Source: Candidatus Thalassarchaeum betae (GTDB lineage Archaea > Thermoplasmatota > Poseidoniia > Poseidoniales > Thalassarchaeaceae). From it: a DNA stretch of 64,000 nt. Position numbers and translations under genes: made by a program. The stretch lies in assembly GCA_003193925.1 (NCBI GenBank), contig PSPG01000004.1, positions 32,001 through 96,000 of the forward strand. Reading direction: 5' to 3'. Below, in pieces: positions 9,738 through 19,923 of this stretch; position 1 is the first letter of the stretch, and each line of letters begins with the position of its first letter. Below the pieces are notes generated by a model. The model saw nothing but the letters and a program-made list of their open reading frames with translations, was not told the DNA's origin and ran no database searches.

Positions 9738-10427
9738 TTACTCTTCTTCGGCCCAATGGACTCTCGCCAATTCATACTCCGGATGGTCGTTAGGCACGGT
9801 ACTGAGATACTTCCCCGGCACGAATTCGGCGAGATAGACGGTTATACCTGCGTGCCAGACGGTCTCACCAGCAGCTACCAGTCTAGCAGTATCAACTTCG
9901 AGCAGGGTGGGAATTGCGTGGTGGATATGACCCGCTTCTGCGGCTGAGCGTATGTTCGCCGAGAGATGCACATGGGCTCGGCCACTGGGGCTAATCCCGA
10001 CCTCAATCAAATTTTCATACTCATCCGGTGAGCAGGGATAGTAAAGCGCGTCGGGGATGTTGTCGGTTGGCAGGTCCAGTTCAATTTCTACTGTATGGGC
10101 GTAGGTAGCGCGAATCACGTTCCCTCGGACTTCATACCTTCCCTTGGGATCTGTCTCGGAAATAGCATGGATGTGGTGAGGTCTGAGCCAGTGGTAACGT
10201 CTCTCGTTGGAGCCCTTGAACTGCCTAACGATGTCCTTGACGTCAATCCACCCGTTGATGTCCATCTCGAGATCAAACTTCTCCGGAGCGTGTCTGAGGA
10301 CGAGGGCTAGACGCCTAGCCATGCTGTCCCTCTCACCCGTTCGCATGATGAATCTCCCCTCGGAGTTACACGCTGGGCACAAGTTGTCATCGGCGTAGTA
10401 ACCATGATTCGAACATTCCCTAATCAT
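9738..10427 (-). CDS. kptA: RNA 2'-phosphotransferase (KptA/Tpt1)
   Basis: LRH.P, KGRY, IRATYAH and R.HVHLS motifs; N-terminal C..HG..C..C. Confidence 0.92.
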   Translation of the reverse strand: MIRECSNHGYYADDNLCPACNSEGRFIMRTGERDSMARRLALVLRHAPEKFDLEMDINGWIDVKDIVRQFKGSNERRYHWLRPHHIHAISETDPKGRYEVRGNVIRATYAHTVEIELDLPTDNIPDALYYPCSPDEYENLIEVGISPSGRAHVHLSANIRSAAEAGHIHHAIPTLLEVDTARLVAAGETVWHAGITVYLAEFVPGKYLSTVPNDHPEYELARVHWAEEE

Positions 10428-10542
10428 TGTATCGCACCAACGAGTGGAATACCTCTCATGAACCCCACGGTCATGACCCCTGAGACCGGTACGCAGCGTG
10501 AATCTAGTGAATGGTTATTCGTGTGTTCTCTGCCGTTGGTGT

Positions 10543-11676
10543 ATGAAGACGGTCATCATTGATTGGGCCCGCTCACCGTTCGACAGGGCCCACAAGGGAG
10601 GCTTGGCCGGTGTTCGTCCCGATGACATGGCCGGCCAGGTCACCAAAGCCCTGATTGACAGGAGCGGGATAGATCCCGGTGCGTTCGACGACCTGCTGAT
10701 GGGTTGTGGTTATCCTGAAGCCGAGCAGGGTTACAACATCGCAAGGCTGGTGACCTTCCTAGCAGGTATGCCAGACACAGTTCCAGGTGTCACCATCAAC
10801 AGGCTGTGTGGCTCTTCTATGCAAGCAGTCCTGTCAGCTGCAGCTCAGATCGAAGCCGGTTGGGGAGGTTGCTTCCTGTGTGCAGGCACCGAATCGATGA
10901 GCAGGGTTAAACGCCGCGGCTTCAACTGGAGTCCTCATCCCGGATTGGAAGAGGGTTGGCCTGACGCATACGTCACTATGGGCCAGACAGCAGAGAATGT
11001 CGCCGCACGTTGGTCCATTACCCGTGATCAGCAGGAGCGCTTTGCGCTCGCTTCCCATCAGAAGGCCGCGTCTGCGCGGGAATCCGGGTCATTCGATGAC
11101 GAAATAATCCCTATTTCGAATGGTGACAACACCGTCTCTGAGGATGGTTGTATCCGACCCGGTACCACCTTAGAGGCAATGTCTGAACTTGTCCCTGTAT
11201 TCTCCGATGACGGAACCGTGACGGCTGCCACCTCTTCCCCTCTCACCGATGGAGCAGTCGCTATGATCGTATGTAGCGAGGAATTCGCGTCTGACCACGG
11301 CTTGGAGCCAATGGCCAGAATAATCTCCGGTGCAGTAACAGGGTGTCCCCCAGAAATCATGGGTATAGGCCCAGTTGAGGCCACCAGAAAGGTATTAGAG
11401 CGAACTGGTTGGGATATTGATTCCATCGATATCTTCGAGCTTAACGAGGCATTCTCTTCTCAGAGCTTGGCAGTCATCGATGAACTTGGACTGGACCCAA
11501 CTAAGGTCAACCTCGAGGGGGGCGCTCTCGCTATCGGCCATCCCTTAGGTGCTTCTGGTGCGAGAATTACCGGTAAGGCAGCGAGTCTGCTCGCAAGAGC
11601 TGGCTCAGGCCGAGCGATCGCCACCATGTGTATCGGCGGGGGCATGGGCATAGCGATAGCTTTGGAAAACTCGTGA
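10543..11676 (+). CDS. Acetyl-CoA C-acyltransferase (thiolase)
   Basis: NRLCGSS, NEAF, GHPLGASG and MCIGGGMG. Confidence 0.93.
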   Translation: MKTVIIDWARSPFDRAHKGGLAGVRPDDMAGQVTKALIDRSGIDPGAFDDLLMGCGYPEAEQGYNIARLVTFLAGMPDTVPGVTINRLCGSSMQAVLSAAAQIEAGWGGCFLCAGTESMSRVKRRGFNWSPHPGLEEGWPDAYVTMGQTAENVAARWSITRDQQERFALASHQKAASARESGSFDDEIIPISNGDNTVSEDGCIRPGTTLEAMSELVPVFSDDGTVTAATSSPLTDGAVAMIVCSEEFASDHGLEPMARIISGAVTGCPPEIMGIGPVEATRKVLERTGWDIDSIDIFELNEAFSSQSLAVIDELGLDPTKVNLEGGALAIGHPLGASGARITGKAASLLARAGSGRAIATMCIGGGMGIAIALENS

Positions 11677-12237
11677 TTACTCTTCTTCATAGAATACGAG
11701 TTTCGAGTTGCAGCTTGGGCATCGGTCCCCCGGTGTCATTCTACTTGGATAGATGGCGAGGATGCTCGAACATCCCGGACATGTAGCCAACATCTCACCA
11801 CTTCCATTGGTTAATCCTCCAGAATCGCCGAGAGCATCGCTTCCATACCATTGTGTGTATACGGGATTCCTCATTGTGGGAACTCTTCTAAGGGTCACGG
11901 CCCCCAGCAGTAATAGTAAGAGTCCTTGGAGGAATCCTGAGTCTCCCTGCGTCATCGAGCCCCATACCCAGATGAGGCCAATCAACAAGAATGCTGATCC
12001 GATCAACGATAGCGAGCTGATTCCAAGGATAATACCATAGTGGGTACGTTTGAACATGGACACAACAGTGGCTATTCCAAGAGGAAACAGAATCACACTG
12101 AGAATCAGAGCGAATATCTTCTGTGACGCACTCCACGAGGACAGTAGTGATACGACTATCACTGCAATTATAATCAAATCTAAGGCGATGAAACGAATCA
12201 GATGGCGGTGCAACTGCTCCATCCGTCCGCGTGGCAT
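11677..12237 (-). CDS. Hypothetical 4-TM membrane protein with C-terminal zinc ribbon
   Basis: Four hydrophobic helices followed by CPGC...CPSC. Confidence 0.7.
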   Translation of the reverse strand: MPRGRMEQLHRHLIRFIALDLIIIAVIVVSLLSSWSASQKIFALILSVILFPLGIATVVSMFKRTHYGIILGISSLSLIGSAFLLIGLIWVWGSMTQGDSGFLQGLLLLLLGAVTLRRVPTMRNPVYTQWYGSDALGDSGGLTNGSGEMLATCPGCSSILAIYPSRMTPGDRCPSCNSKLVFYEEE

Positions 12238-12313
12238 GATACCCGATTCGGTGCTCCAAAGAAGACTTTTCTGCCTGCGACGGACTCATGAAGCCCCTCG
12301 TGTTCCGAGAGAC

Positions 12314-13507
12314 GTGACCAAGGATACTGGGGTCATCCCCAAAGGCACCACCCTGCAAGGTCGTAATATCCTATTCGCTGTGACTGGAGGTATAGCCGCG
12401 GTGGAATCCATTCGCCTTGCAAGGGAACTCCGTCGTCACGGCGCGGACTTGACTATCATGATGTCCAAGGAGGCGGAGAAGATCATCACACCCCTGGCTT
12501 TGTCATGGGCCTCAGGCACCGAAGTCCTGACCGACTGGGATCATACAATGGTCCAATTGGACGATTATGACTCCGTATTGATTGCTCCAGCTACCCGTAA
12601 CACCATCTCCAAACATGTTCATGGAATCATGGATTCTCCGATATTGATGGCTCTGACAGCGGCCCGTGGCAACGGAACCCCGATTCTTTTTGTGCCATCC
12701 ATGCATTCCGATCTATTCGATGATCGAGTTACCGCTGATTTGTTGGAGGCTTTAGACACCGAAGGCAGTTCAGTGATGGCGGATGAGGTAGTTGAGGGCC
12801 GCAGGAAACAGCCAGATCCGGTGTCGATTGTAGCTAATCTCTGCAATCTTGTGAATGCTCAATTGCCAAACCGGAAAGTGGTAGCCATCACTTTGGGCGC
12901 TAACAGAGCGCCGATCGATGCCGTCAGGGCCATACAGAATGCATCCTCCGGCTCGACAGGATGGTCCATTGCGGAGCATCTACACAGAATGGGACACCAT
13001 GTTATCTGCATAGCAGGCAAGACATCAGCTGACCCCGGTTTCTCTCTGCCTGACGTTAGGCGTGGCGGTTCTCCTGACGAAATGCTTTCTGTGTCCAAGA
13101 CAGTCGCTCTAGGTCAACCTAAGCCCGATGTTTGGATTCATTCTGCTGCTGTGCTTGATTACTACACCGAGCCGCTTACTGAGAAGAAGGCCAGTGGGGC
13201 TGATTTCTGGAAACTCACATTGAGCCCCGGCCCCAAGCACATCTCTGAACTCAAGCCACTGGTAGATGGTGCTATCCGAATCGGATTCAAACTAGAGTCA
13301 GGGGTTAGTGAGGATGTTCTGATTCAGAGGGCCAAGGACCAGATTGAGACGTACGAAGTCGATGCTGTTGTCGCTAACCTCAAGGAAGAGGTCCACGATC
13401 CGAAATCGTTGAGGAGTAGGATTGTCTATCCCGATGGGACGGTGGAGGACATCCATGACGATGCTGGACTATGTCAAGCGATAGAGTCCCTATTACACAC
13501 CTCCTGA
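12314..13507 (+). CDS. coaBC: Bifunctional phosphopantothenoylcysteine decarboxylase/synthetase
   Basis: VTGGIAA, APAT.NT, PSMH, ID.VR.I.N.SSG.TG, AAV.DY, GFKLE, VVAN. The GTG start is estimated. Confidence 0.9.
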   Translation: MTKDTGVIPKGTTLQGRNILFAVTGGIAAVESIRLARELRRHGADLTIMMSKEAEKIITPLALSWASGTEVLTDWDHTMVQLDDYDSVLIAPATRNTISKHVHGIMDSPILMALTAARGNGTPILFVPSMHSDLFDDRVTADLLEALDTEGSSVMADEVVEGRRKQPDPVSIVANLCNLVNAQLPNRKVVAITLGANRAPIDAVRAIQNASSGSTGWSIAEHLHRMGHHVICIAGKTSADPGFSLPDVRRGGSPDEMLSVSKTVALGQPKPDVWIHSAAVLDYYTEPLTEKKASGADFWKLTLSPGPKHISELKPLVDGAIRIGFKLESGVSEDVLIQRAKDQIETYEVDAVVANLKEEVHDPKSLRSRIVYPDGTVEDIHDDAGLCQAIESLLHTS

Positions 13508-13556
13508 CTTCGTATCTGCGTCACATTCAAGCGAGGAACATGGACGAACATACAAC

Positions 13557-15077
13557 ATGGCGGGTTCAGGCAAGGCCAAGAGGGGTATCCCTCCTAAGTC
13601 AGACCTCAATGCCTGGTACCCTGCCATAGTCGAAATTGCCGACCTCGTGGACAAAAGGTATCCAATCAAGGGGATGGATGTCTGGAAGCCTTACGGCTGG
13701 AAGGCCATGACACTAATAGATGGGCTGACTCGGTCACAAATGAGGCGCACTGGTCACGAGGAATACAATTTTCCTCTGCTTGTACCCGAGGACTTGCTCG
13801 ATAAAGAGAATCAGTTGGTTTCCCACCTCAAGGCCTCTAGGGACACTGGGATCGATGCTTCTGAATTGAGGGTGGATGAAGAAGAAGCCGGATTCAAGAA
13901 AGAAGTGTACTGGGTGAAGCACGGAGGCGATACCGAACTTGAGGTTCCCATGTTCTTGAGACCTACTTCCGAGACTCCGATGTACACCATGTTCTCGCTG
14001 TGGGTCAGAAGCCACGCTGACTTGCCGTTGAAAACCTTCCAGATAGTGAATACCTTTCGATACGAAACCAAGCAAACCCGGTCGTTCATTAGGGTGAGGG
14101 AGATTCACTTCTTCGAGGCACACACGGTTCATGCGGACCAAGATGGAGCTACCGCACAGATTGCCGAAGACGCTGAAATCGTCCAGCGCCTGCTACATGA
14201 GTTGTGCTTTCCGGCGATTGTCTCCAAACGGCCCTCTTGGGACACCTTCCCTGGAGCATGGCACTCTACCGCCGTAGACGCCGTGATGCCTAACGGCCGA
14301 ACATTGCAAGTCGCTACGTACCACCATTATCGCGATCAATGGGCTCGGGCATTCAACCTCACTTACGAGGATAGAAACGGTGAAACCCAATTCTGCCATC
14401 AGACCACATTCGGCATGTCCGAGCGTCTTCTGGGTGCCATCGTTGGTATGCATGGTGATGACAGCGGTCTGATCATGCCCCCCTCCATCGCACCGATTCA
14501 AGTCATCCTGATGCCTGTCGCAGCTCATTCCGACGAGAATGTGATACCCCGAGTGGAAGCTCTCGCCTCGCAGCTACAAGATTCCGGATTCAGAGTCCAA
14601 GTCGATGCCCGTGACTTACGTCCCGGAACTAAGCACTACGATTGGGAGATTAAGGGAGTTCCAATACGTCTAGAGATTGGCCCTCGAGATCTCGCTTCAA
14701 GCCAATGCACTATTACTCTGAGAACCGGAGGCAAGATTGAATCTCCCCTAGAAGGAATCTCGTCCACAATCCGCCAGTACCTAGATTCGGTCTCCGATGA
14801 ACTCCGCTCCAGAGCCCACGCCCATGCCTCGGAGTTGATTCGCACCTTCCCCGGCCTTTCCCAGACCGCGGACATATGGAAACTCGACGCGGCATTGGAG
14901 GAGGGTTTCGTCTACGAACTCGCCTTCGATGGCAATGACGCCGACGCCGAAGTCCTCGAAAAGGCCACTGGATTGACCTTGCTCGGGGATTGCGTCCAAC
15001 CCTATCCCGAGCCGATTCCATGCGCAGTAACGGGAAAACTCACGACACGTAGGCACCATCTCGCGCGAATGTACTGA
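13557..15077 (+). CDS. proS: Proline--tRNA ligase (archaeal/eukaryotic type)
   Basis: LRPTSET, FRYETK.TR.FIRVREI.FFE.H, WEIKGVPIRLEIGPRD and C-terminal AR.Y. Confidence 0.95.
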   Translation: MAGSGKAKRGIPPKSDLNAWYPAIVEIADLVDKRYPIKGMDVWKPYGWKAMTLIDGLTRSQMRRTGHEEYNFPLLVPEDLLDKENQLVSHLKASRDTGIDASELRVDEEEAGFKKEVYWVKHGGDTELEVPMFLRPTSETPMYTMFSLWVRSHADLPLKTFQIVNTFRYETKQTRSFIRVREIHFFEAHTVHADQDGATAQIAEDAEIVQRLLHELCFPAIVSKRPSWDTFPGAWHSTAVDAVMPNGRTLQVATYHHYRDQWARAFNLTYEDRNGETQFCHQTTFGMSERLLGAIVGMHGDDSGLIMPPSIAPIQVILMPVAAHSDENVIPRVEALASQLQDSGFRVQVDARDLRPGTKHYDWEIKGVPIRLEIGPRDLASSQCTITLRTGGKIESPLEGISSTIRQYLDSVSDELRSRAHAHASELIRTFPGLSQTADIWKLDAALEEGFVYELAFDGNDADAEVLEKATGLTLLGDCVQPYPEPIPCAVTGKLTTRRHHLARMY

Positions 15078-15941
15078 CTATTCTTTCTTACTGAACAGTC
15101 CGAGCAGGGTCATCAGGCCGAATAGCATGAGGAAGGCCCCGTCGATCAATTCCCCAGTGCCAGAAGAGGTCCAGGACTCTATGGATCCGTAGTCGGAAGC
15201 CTTCTCCCACAGCAATCTGGTGTGGTCCTCGCACATTGGCTGGCTTGGGGAAACGGATGCCAAAGTCGAAACTGTTGAGGAGTCGCCTATGCACCCATTT
15301 GCCTCGGAAACTTTCACACTCTCTTCGTAAAGTGAAGATATGAAACACCAAGGGGCTGTAGTGACACTTCGATGTTCAGTATGGGCGTATGAATCCAGAG
15401 AGGATGTCCAATTGTGGAAACCAGCGTCAACCACTTCGCTTGACCCATTCTGGGAAATGGACCACTGGATACTGTAGCTGGTCGATAGATTTAGGTTGGC
15501 AACGGTCCATGTGACATACAGTGTGCTGTCCTGCTCATTCGCGGTGACGGTGAAGCTCAGTGGGTCGGGTTCCAAGTCATCCACGCAAAGGGGCAGGAAT
15601 TGGCCGATTCCTACGGCGACATTGACTCCGACCAATGAAGCCCCGATCAATCCAATCAAGAGTACGAACCATCTCCGGCGCGGGCTGTCAGAGGCACCCT
15701 CTCCATCCAAGTCTTCGGGATCTCCTTCGAATCCCGGGAGTTCTACCCCAAGATTGTCACCCTCCGCATATACAGGTGGATGGACCTCAGGAGGCCGTTC
15801 GGGCGCTGCAACACCCATCTCCTCGAGTGCCTCACGGCCATAGATGCGCTCTGCGAGTGCGTAGAGCTCAGTGTCACCCTCCAACTCGGTTGGATCCATG
15901 GTCCCGTCAAGCAGCCCCTTGACACGCTCGGAATCGCTCAT
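15078..15941 (-). CDS. Hypothetical membrane protein (2 TM flanking a Cys-containing extracytoplasmic domain)
   Basis: Acidic N-terminus, a TM at about aa 92-115, a beta-rich Ser/Thr domain and a C-terminal TM. Confidence 0.7.
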   Translation of the reverse strand: MSDSERVKGLLDGTMDPTELEGDTELYALAERIYGREALEEMGVAAPERPPEVHPPVYAEGDNLGVELPGFEGDPEDLDGEGASDSPRRRWFVLLIGLIGASLVGVNVAVGIGQFLPLCVDDLEPDPLSFTVTANEQDSTLYVTWTVANLNLSTSYSIQWSISQNGSSEVVDAGFHNWTSSLDSYAHTEHRSVTTAPWCFISSLYEESVKVSEANGCIGDSSTVSTLASVSPSQPMCEDHTRLLWEKASDYGSIESWTSSGTGELIDGAFLMLFGLMTLLGLFSKKE

Positions 15942-15992
15942 ATTGAGCCCTCAAGAATCAATCATTCATGAATCAAACGCTGCTTCGTAACT

Positions 15993-15999
15993 AAAAAAA
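15993..15999 (-). terminator. Candidate archaeal U-tract terminator of the transketolase operon
   Basis: T7 run on the minus strand 4 nt after the stop at 16004. Confidence 0.5.
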
Positions 16000-16003
16000 G
16001 CGG

Positions 16004-16951
16004 TTATTTGCGTTCCATCGCTCTGCGGGCGGCATTCTGAATGTCGGTTGAAGTCAAACCAAATTCACTCATCAGCTCACTCGGGGAGCCGCTTTCACCG
16101 AATCTGTCCCTCACTCCGACCATTTCCAAAGGAACTGCCTGACCAACGGAGAGGTGTTCGGCAACGGCTCCGCCGAGACCGCCAATAACAGAATGATCCT
16201 CTGCAGTGACAATGCACCCACACTCAGAAGCCAGTCGATCCACGAGAGCACAGTCGAGAGGTTTCAGTGTATGCATGTCGACGACAGACACCGATATTCC
16301 GCTTTCCGCCAACTCATCGGCAGCTGAGAGACTCTCAGAAACCATAACTCCACAAGCCAATATACACACATCAGTACCTTCCCGGATGACACTTCCCTTC
16401 CCGATGGCGAGATTGGAAACGTTAACTTCATTGTAGATCCTAGGGGTCTTGTTTCGGGCTGTTCGCATGTACGAAGGACCCGAATGATTGACGAGTTGGA
16501 CTGTTAACTCCTCAGCAGACAGATCATCACAGGGATGCAAGACAGTCATCCCGGGTAGAGTCCTATAAATCGCAATATCCTCGATTGACTGCGCGCTGCT
16601 ACCGTCCGTTCCTGTGTGAATCCCACCGTGACTTCCACATATGTGAACGGTCAACTCGGGTCTGGCAATGCCATTCCTGATCTGCTCAAAGGCACGCTCA
16701 GTGAAGATAGCGAAAGTGCTCGCAAAAGGGATCTTGCCAGAGGAGGCCATACCTGCGGCAACTAGCATCATGTTCTGTTCGGCAACCCCTATCGAGATGG
16801 TTCGGGTGGGATTCTGAGTGCGGAAGTGACACGACTTGGTGGATTTACCAAGGTCCGCATCTAGAACAACCACTCTGGGATCATCGGCTAGCCTGAGCAG
16901 CCCTTTGCCGTAACCATCCCTGGATGCACCACCGAATGACGGCGCGCTCAT
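16004..16951 (-). CDS. Transketolase, C-terminal subunit
   Basis: GVAEQNM, RAFEQIR, DG.S.Q.IED and EDHS..GGLG. Confidence 0.92.
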   Translation of the reverse strand: MSAPSFGGASRDGYGKGLLRLADDPRVVVLDADLGKSTKSCHFRTQNPTRTISIGVAEQNMMLVAAGMASSGKIPFASTFAIFTERAFEQIRNGIARPELTVHICGSHGGIHTGTDGSSAQSIEDIAIYRTLPGMTVLHPCDDLSAEELTVQLVNHSGPSYMRTARNKTPRIYNEVNVSNLAIGKGSVIREGTDVCILACGVMVSESLSAADELAESGISVSVVDMHTLKPLDCALVDRLASECGCIVTAEDHSVIGGLGGAVAEHLSVGQAVPLEMVGVRDRFGESGSPSELMSEFGLTSTDIQNAARRAMERK

Positions 16952-17763
16952 GACAACTCCTCCAAAGCGATTCGAAATTCGTCATCGGTGGGGGCCTTAC
17001 CGTGGAAGGACGGGTTGCCTTCCATGAAAGAAACGCCCTTCCCCTTGACCGTATGGGCTACTATTGCACAAGGCCCATCAGTGATTCCTGCTGCCCAATC
17101 CAAGGCACTGATAATCTCGGGCATTGAATGACCGTCAATTTCCTTCACGGACCACCCGAACGCAGAGAATTTTGCGGTTATGTCACCTATCTCCATCTGA
17201 ACTCTGAGAAAGTCGTCGTTCTGTATGCCGTTTCTGTCGACGATGACCTTGAGATTGGATGCAGAGTGGAAATATGCAGCCATCACCGCCTCCCATACCT
17301 GACCTTCTTGCATCTCTCCATCACCCAACATCACCCAGATTTCCCTCTGGCTATTATCCATGCGGGCTGCCAATGCGCACCCCAGTCCGAAAGACAGCCC
17401 CATGCCCAGGCTTCCGGCAGAAAAGTCGACTCCGTCGGTCCACCTCATGTCCACATGGCCTTGACATACTGAACCAAGCGTCCTGAATCCCATCAGATCC
17501 TCATAATCGAGGTATCCAACGCCGTGTAAGATGGAATAGACCGCGGGACTAGCGTGGCCTTTGCTCATGATGAAGCGATCACGATCAGTCCAGTCGGGGT
17601 CTGTTGGGTCAAACCTCAGCCGTGTCCCGTACAGTCCAACAATAAGATCGATTGCGGAGAGCGACCCCCCGGGGTGGCCAGCACCTGCCTTATGCACCAT
17701 TTTCACGATACTGAGTCGGCACTTGGAAGAGAGTTCTTCAAGCTCCGCGATCCCGAGGCCCAT
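16948..17763 (-). CDS. Transketolase, N-terminal (TPP-binding) subunit
   Basis: GHPGGSLS, DRF.MSKGH, GDGE.QEGQ.WEA..N and KGKGVSFME..FHG; 4-bp overlap with the C-subunit gene. Confidence 0.92.
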   Translation of the reverse strand: MGLGIAELEELSSKCRLSIVKMVHKAGAGHPGGSLSAIDLIVGLYGTRLRFDPTDPDWTDRDRFIMSKGHASPAVYSILHGVGYLDYEDLMGFRTLGSVCQGHVDMRWTDGVDFSAGSLGMGLSFGLGCALAARMDNSQREIWVMLGDGEMQEGQVWEAVMAAYFHSASNLKVIVDRNGIQNDDFLRVQMEIGDITAKFSAFGWSVKEIDGHSMPEIISALDWAAGITDGPCAIVAHTVKGKGVSFMEGNPSFHGKAPTDDEFRIALEELS

Positions 17764-17968
17764 GCCATGGCTGCCTTTGTTCACATGCATACTCACCGAG
17801 TTTGGCTATTGATGCTTTCCGGCTCTCCCGTTTCCGTTGCTGGGTGACACTCAGACGGGTTCAAATCTCTCACCCGACTACAGGAGCTTGCAGACAAAGC
17901 GGATTGGTGATACTGTGGGAGATGAAGCGCTAGGTGGTCATTCGAATTGGCGTGAGCGGCTTCGTCAC

Positions 17969-19120
17969 ATGTCCGTTCCGTTGAGTGTATCCAGGGACCC
18001 CCTACTATCATCCTGCTTAGAGGCGCTGAGCTCGGGCGGGCGGATATCGGTAGACGACGGGGTCCGCCTGTTCGAGCACGAATCTCTTTCTTCGATATGC
18101 GCATTGGCTGACATGGTCAAATCCGCTAGATTTGGTAACCGAGTCTACTTCAATGAGAATCTCCATGTGAACACGACCAATATATGTGTACTTGCTTGTA
18201 GATTCTGCGCCTTTCGTAAAGGCCCACGGCACTCAGACGCCTATGCCCTGTCGGTGGACGAGTTCATACATCGCATCGAGCCGTTGTCCGATAGGATTGA
18301 CGAAGTTCACTCGGTAGGGGGATTGCATCCCGAGTGGACCGTCGAGCACTATTCTGAGCTGTACAGAGGAATCAGAGAGAGGTTTCCCCATATCCATTTG
18401 AAATCCCTCACCTCTGTAGAAATTAAACACATCTCCAACCGTTCTGGGATCAGTGTGAAACAGACCTTGAAGAAATTGATCGAATCCGGGCTGGGCTCTT
18501 TACCGGGCGGTGGTGCGGAGATTCTAGTCGACTCGGTCAGAAACCGCATCTGCAGAGGCAAAGAGTCTTCTGATGAGTATCTGGAAATCCATGACATCGC
18601 GCATTCATTGGGCATTCCTACTAATTGCACTATGCTATTCGGAACCGTGGAGACCGTCACTCAGAGGGTCATTCACATTGATAGGCTGAGAACTCAACAG
18701 GATCGGAGCGGTGGATTTCAGTGTTTCGTCCCCTATCCGTTCCTGCCTGACAAGACCAGACTACCCGAAGCCCAGTTGGCATCGTCTTCGGAGGTGATTC
18801 GCGTCATAGCTATCTCTAGGTTGATGTTGGACAACATACCGCATATCAAGGCTTACAGGATGAACATCGGGGATCATCTGGCAACATTGTCACTGAAAGC
18901 CGGAGCAGATGACATAGACGGCACCGTGGGTCATGAGGAGATCATGCACGATGCTGGCAGTACCACTAGGTTGGATACAACAGCAGACGAATTGGCTCGG
19001 TTGATTGAAGATGCAGATTCGGTTCCTGTCAAACGGGATTCTGTCTACTCCTCATTCTCCGTCTACAACGGTCATTCCGATGTTGTTGAGATGTACCTCC
19101 CTATAGCCGACCAGACATAG
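17969..19120 (+). CDS. mqnE: Aminofutalosine synthase (radical SAM, CofH/MqnE family)
   Basis: TNICVLACRFCAF, VGGLHP, LPGGGAEI and HIKAY; adjacent to mqnA and mqnD. Confidence 0.82.
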   Translation: MSVPLSVSRDPLLSSCLEALSSGGRISVDDGVRLFEHESLSSICALADMVKSARFGNRVYFNENLHVNTTNICVLACRFCAFRKGPRHSDAYALSVDEFIHRIEPLSDRIDEVHSVGGLHPEWTVEHYSELYRGIRERFPHIHLKSLTSVEIKHISNRSGISVKQTLKKLIESGLGSLPGGGAEILVDSVRNRICRGKESSDEYLEIHDIAHSLGIPTNCTMLFGTVETVTQRVIHIDRLRTQQDRSGGFQCFVPYPFLPDKTRLPEAQLASSSEVIRVIAISRLMLDNIPHIKAYRMNIGDHLATLSLKAGADDIDGTVGHEEIMHDAGSTTRLDTTADELARLIEDADSVPVKRDSVYSSFSVYNGHSDVVEMYLPIADQT

Positions 19121-19128
19121 GTGCTATC

Positions 19129-19923
19129 ATGTCATGGCAGGAAGTACTGGGCAGGGTCGCTTTCACAAACTGTGATCCAATATTCCATGGTCTCAAGGAT
19201 AAGTGGAAGATACTTCCCGCTCCGCCTGCTTGGCTGACGGGACACGTTCTCAGGCGAGACTGTCTCACCGCTCCGATTCCTGCGGCCGACTATGCCAAGC
19301 ATTCAGTCAAACTCGACCTAATTCCCAATCTAGGGATAGTCAGCACAGGAAACGTTGGCTCTGCGCTCTTATTCGGCTCTCGCTCACCCGAATCCATGAG
19401 GGACATAGCATTGCCGTCAGACTCGTCTACTTCAAAGGCCCTCCTTCGTTGGGCCCTCATCCGTCGAGGGTTAGATCCCAAGTGCATCGAGATGGGGCCT
19501 GATATCGATGCTATGCTATCCATCTGCGATGGCGCTTTGCTGATAGGTGACAGAGCGCTTGCAGCAGCCGCAAATAATCCTGAATTGGTCAAACTAGACC
19601 TAGGTGCTGAATGGACGAATCAGACCGGCCTGCCTATGGTGTTCGGGGTCTTTGCAGTCCGTAAGGACGCACCTGTCGATAAGGTTAGACAGGCTCATTC
19701 GGATATGTTAGAGCAGTACAACAAGTTTCTCGGCGATCAAACCTGGAAGCTCGAAGTCATCAGGTTCTCCGCTGATAAGATGGGTTTCACGGAGAACAGG
19801 ATCTCTGATTACTTCGATAACGAAGTGAGAAATTCATTAGACGGAGACGCAGTCATGGGACTGGAGTTGTTTCTCTCTGAAGTATGCGGTATGGAAAAAA
19901 AGCCATCTTGGGTCGAGCTCTGA
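19129..19923 (+). CDS. mqnA: Chorismate dehydratase
   Basis: F.NCDP, S.TS..L, LLIGDRAL and DLG.EW...TGLPMVF. Confidence 0.88.
   Translation: MSWQEVLGRVAFTNCDPIFHGLKDKWKILPAPPAWLTGHVLRRDCLTAPIPAADYAKHSVKLDLIPNLGIVSTGNVGSALLFGSRSPESMRDIALPSDSSTSKALLRWALIRRGLDPKCIEMGPDIDAMLSICDGALLIGDRALAAAANNPELVKLDLGAEWTNQTGLPMVFGVFAVRKDAPVDKVRQAHSDMLEQYNKFLGDQTWKLEVIRFSADKMGFTENRISDYFDNEVRNSLDGDAVMGLELFLSEVCGMEKKPSWVEL

Noticed and set aside
12050-12313. N-terminal extensions on coaBC (likewise mqnE, priS, folE, queC, sod)
   Set aside because: These come from the ORF caller choosing the first possible start; they overlap neighbouring genes or promoter regions and lack family-like sequence.
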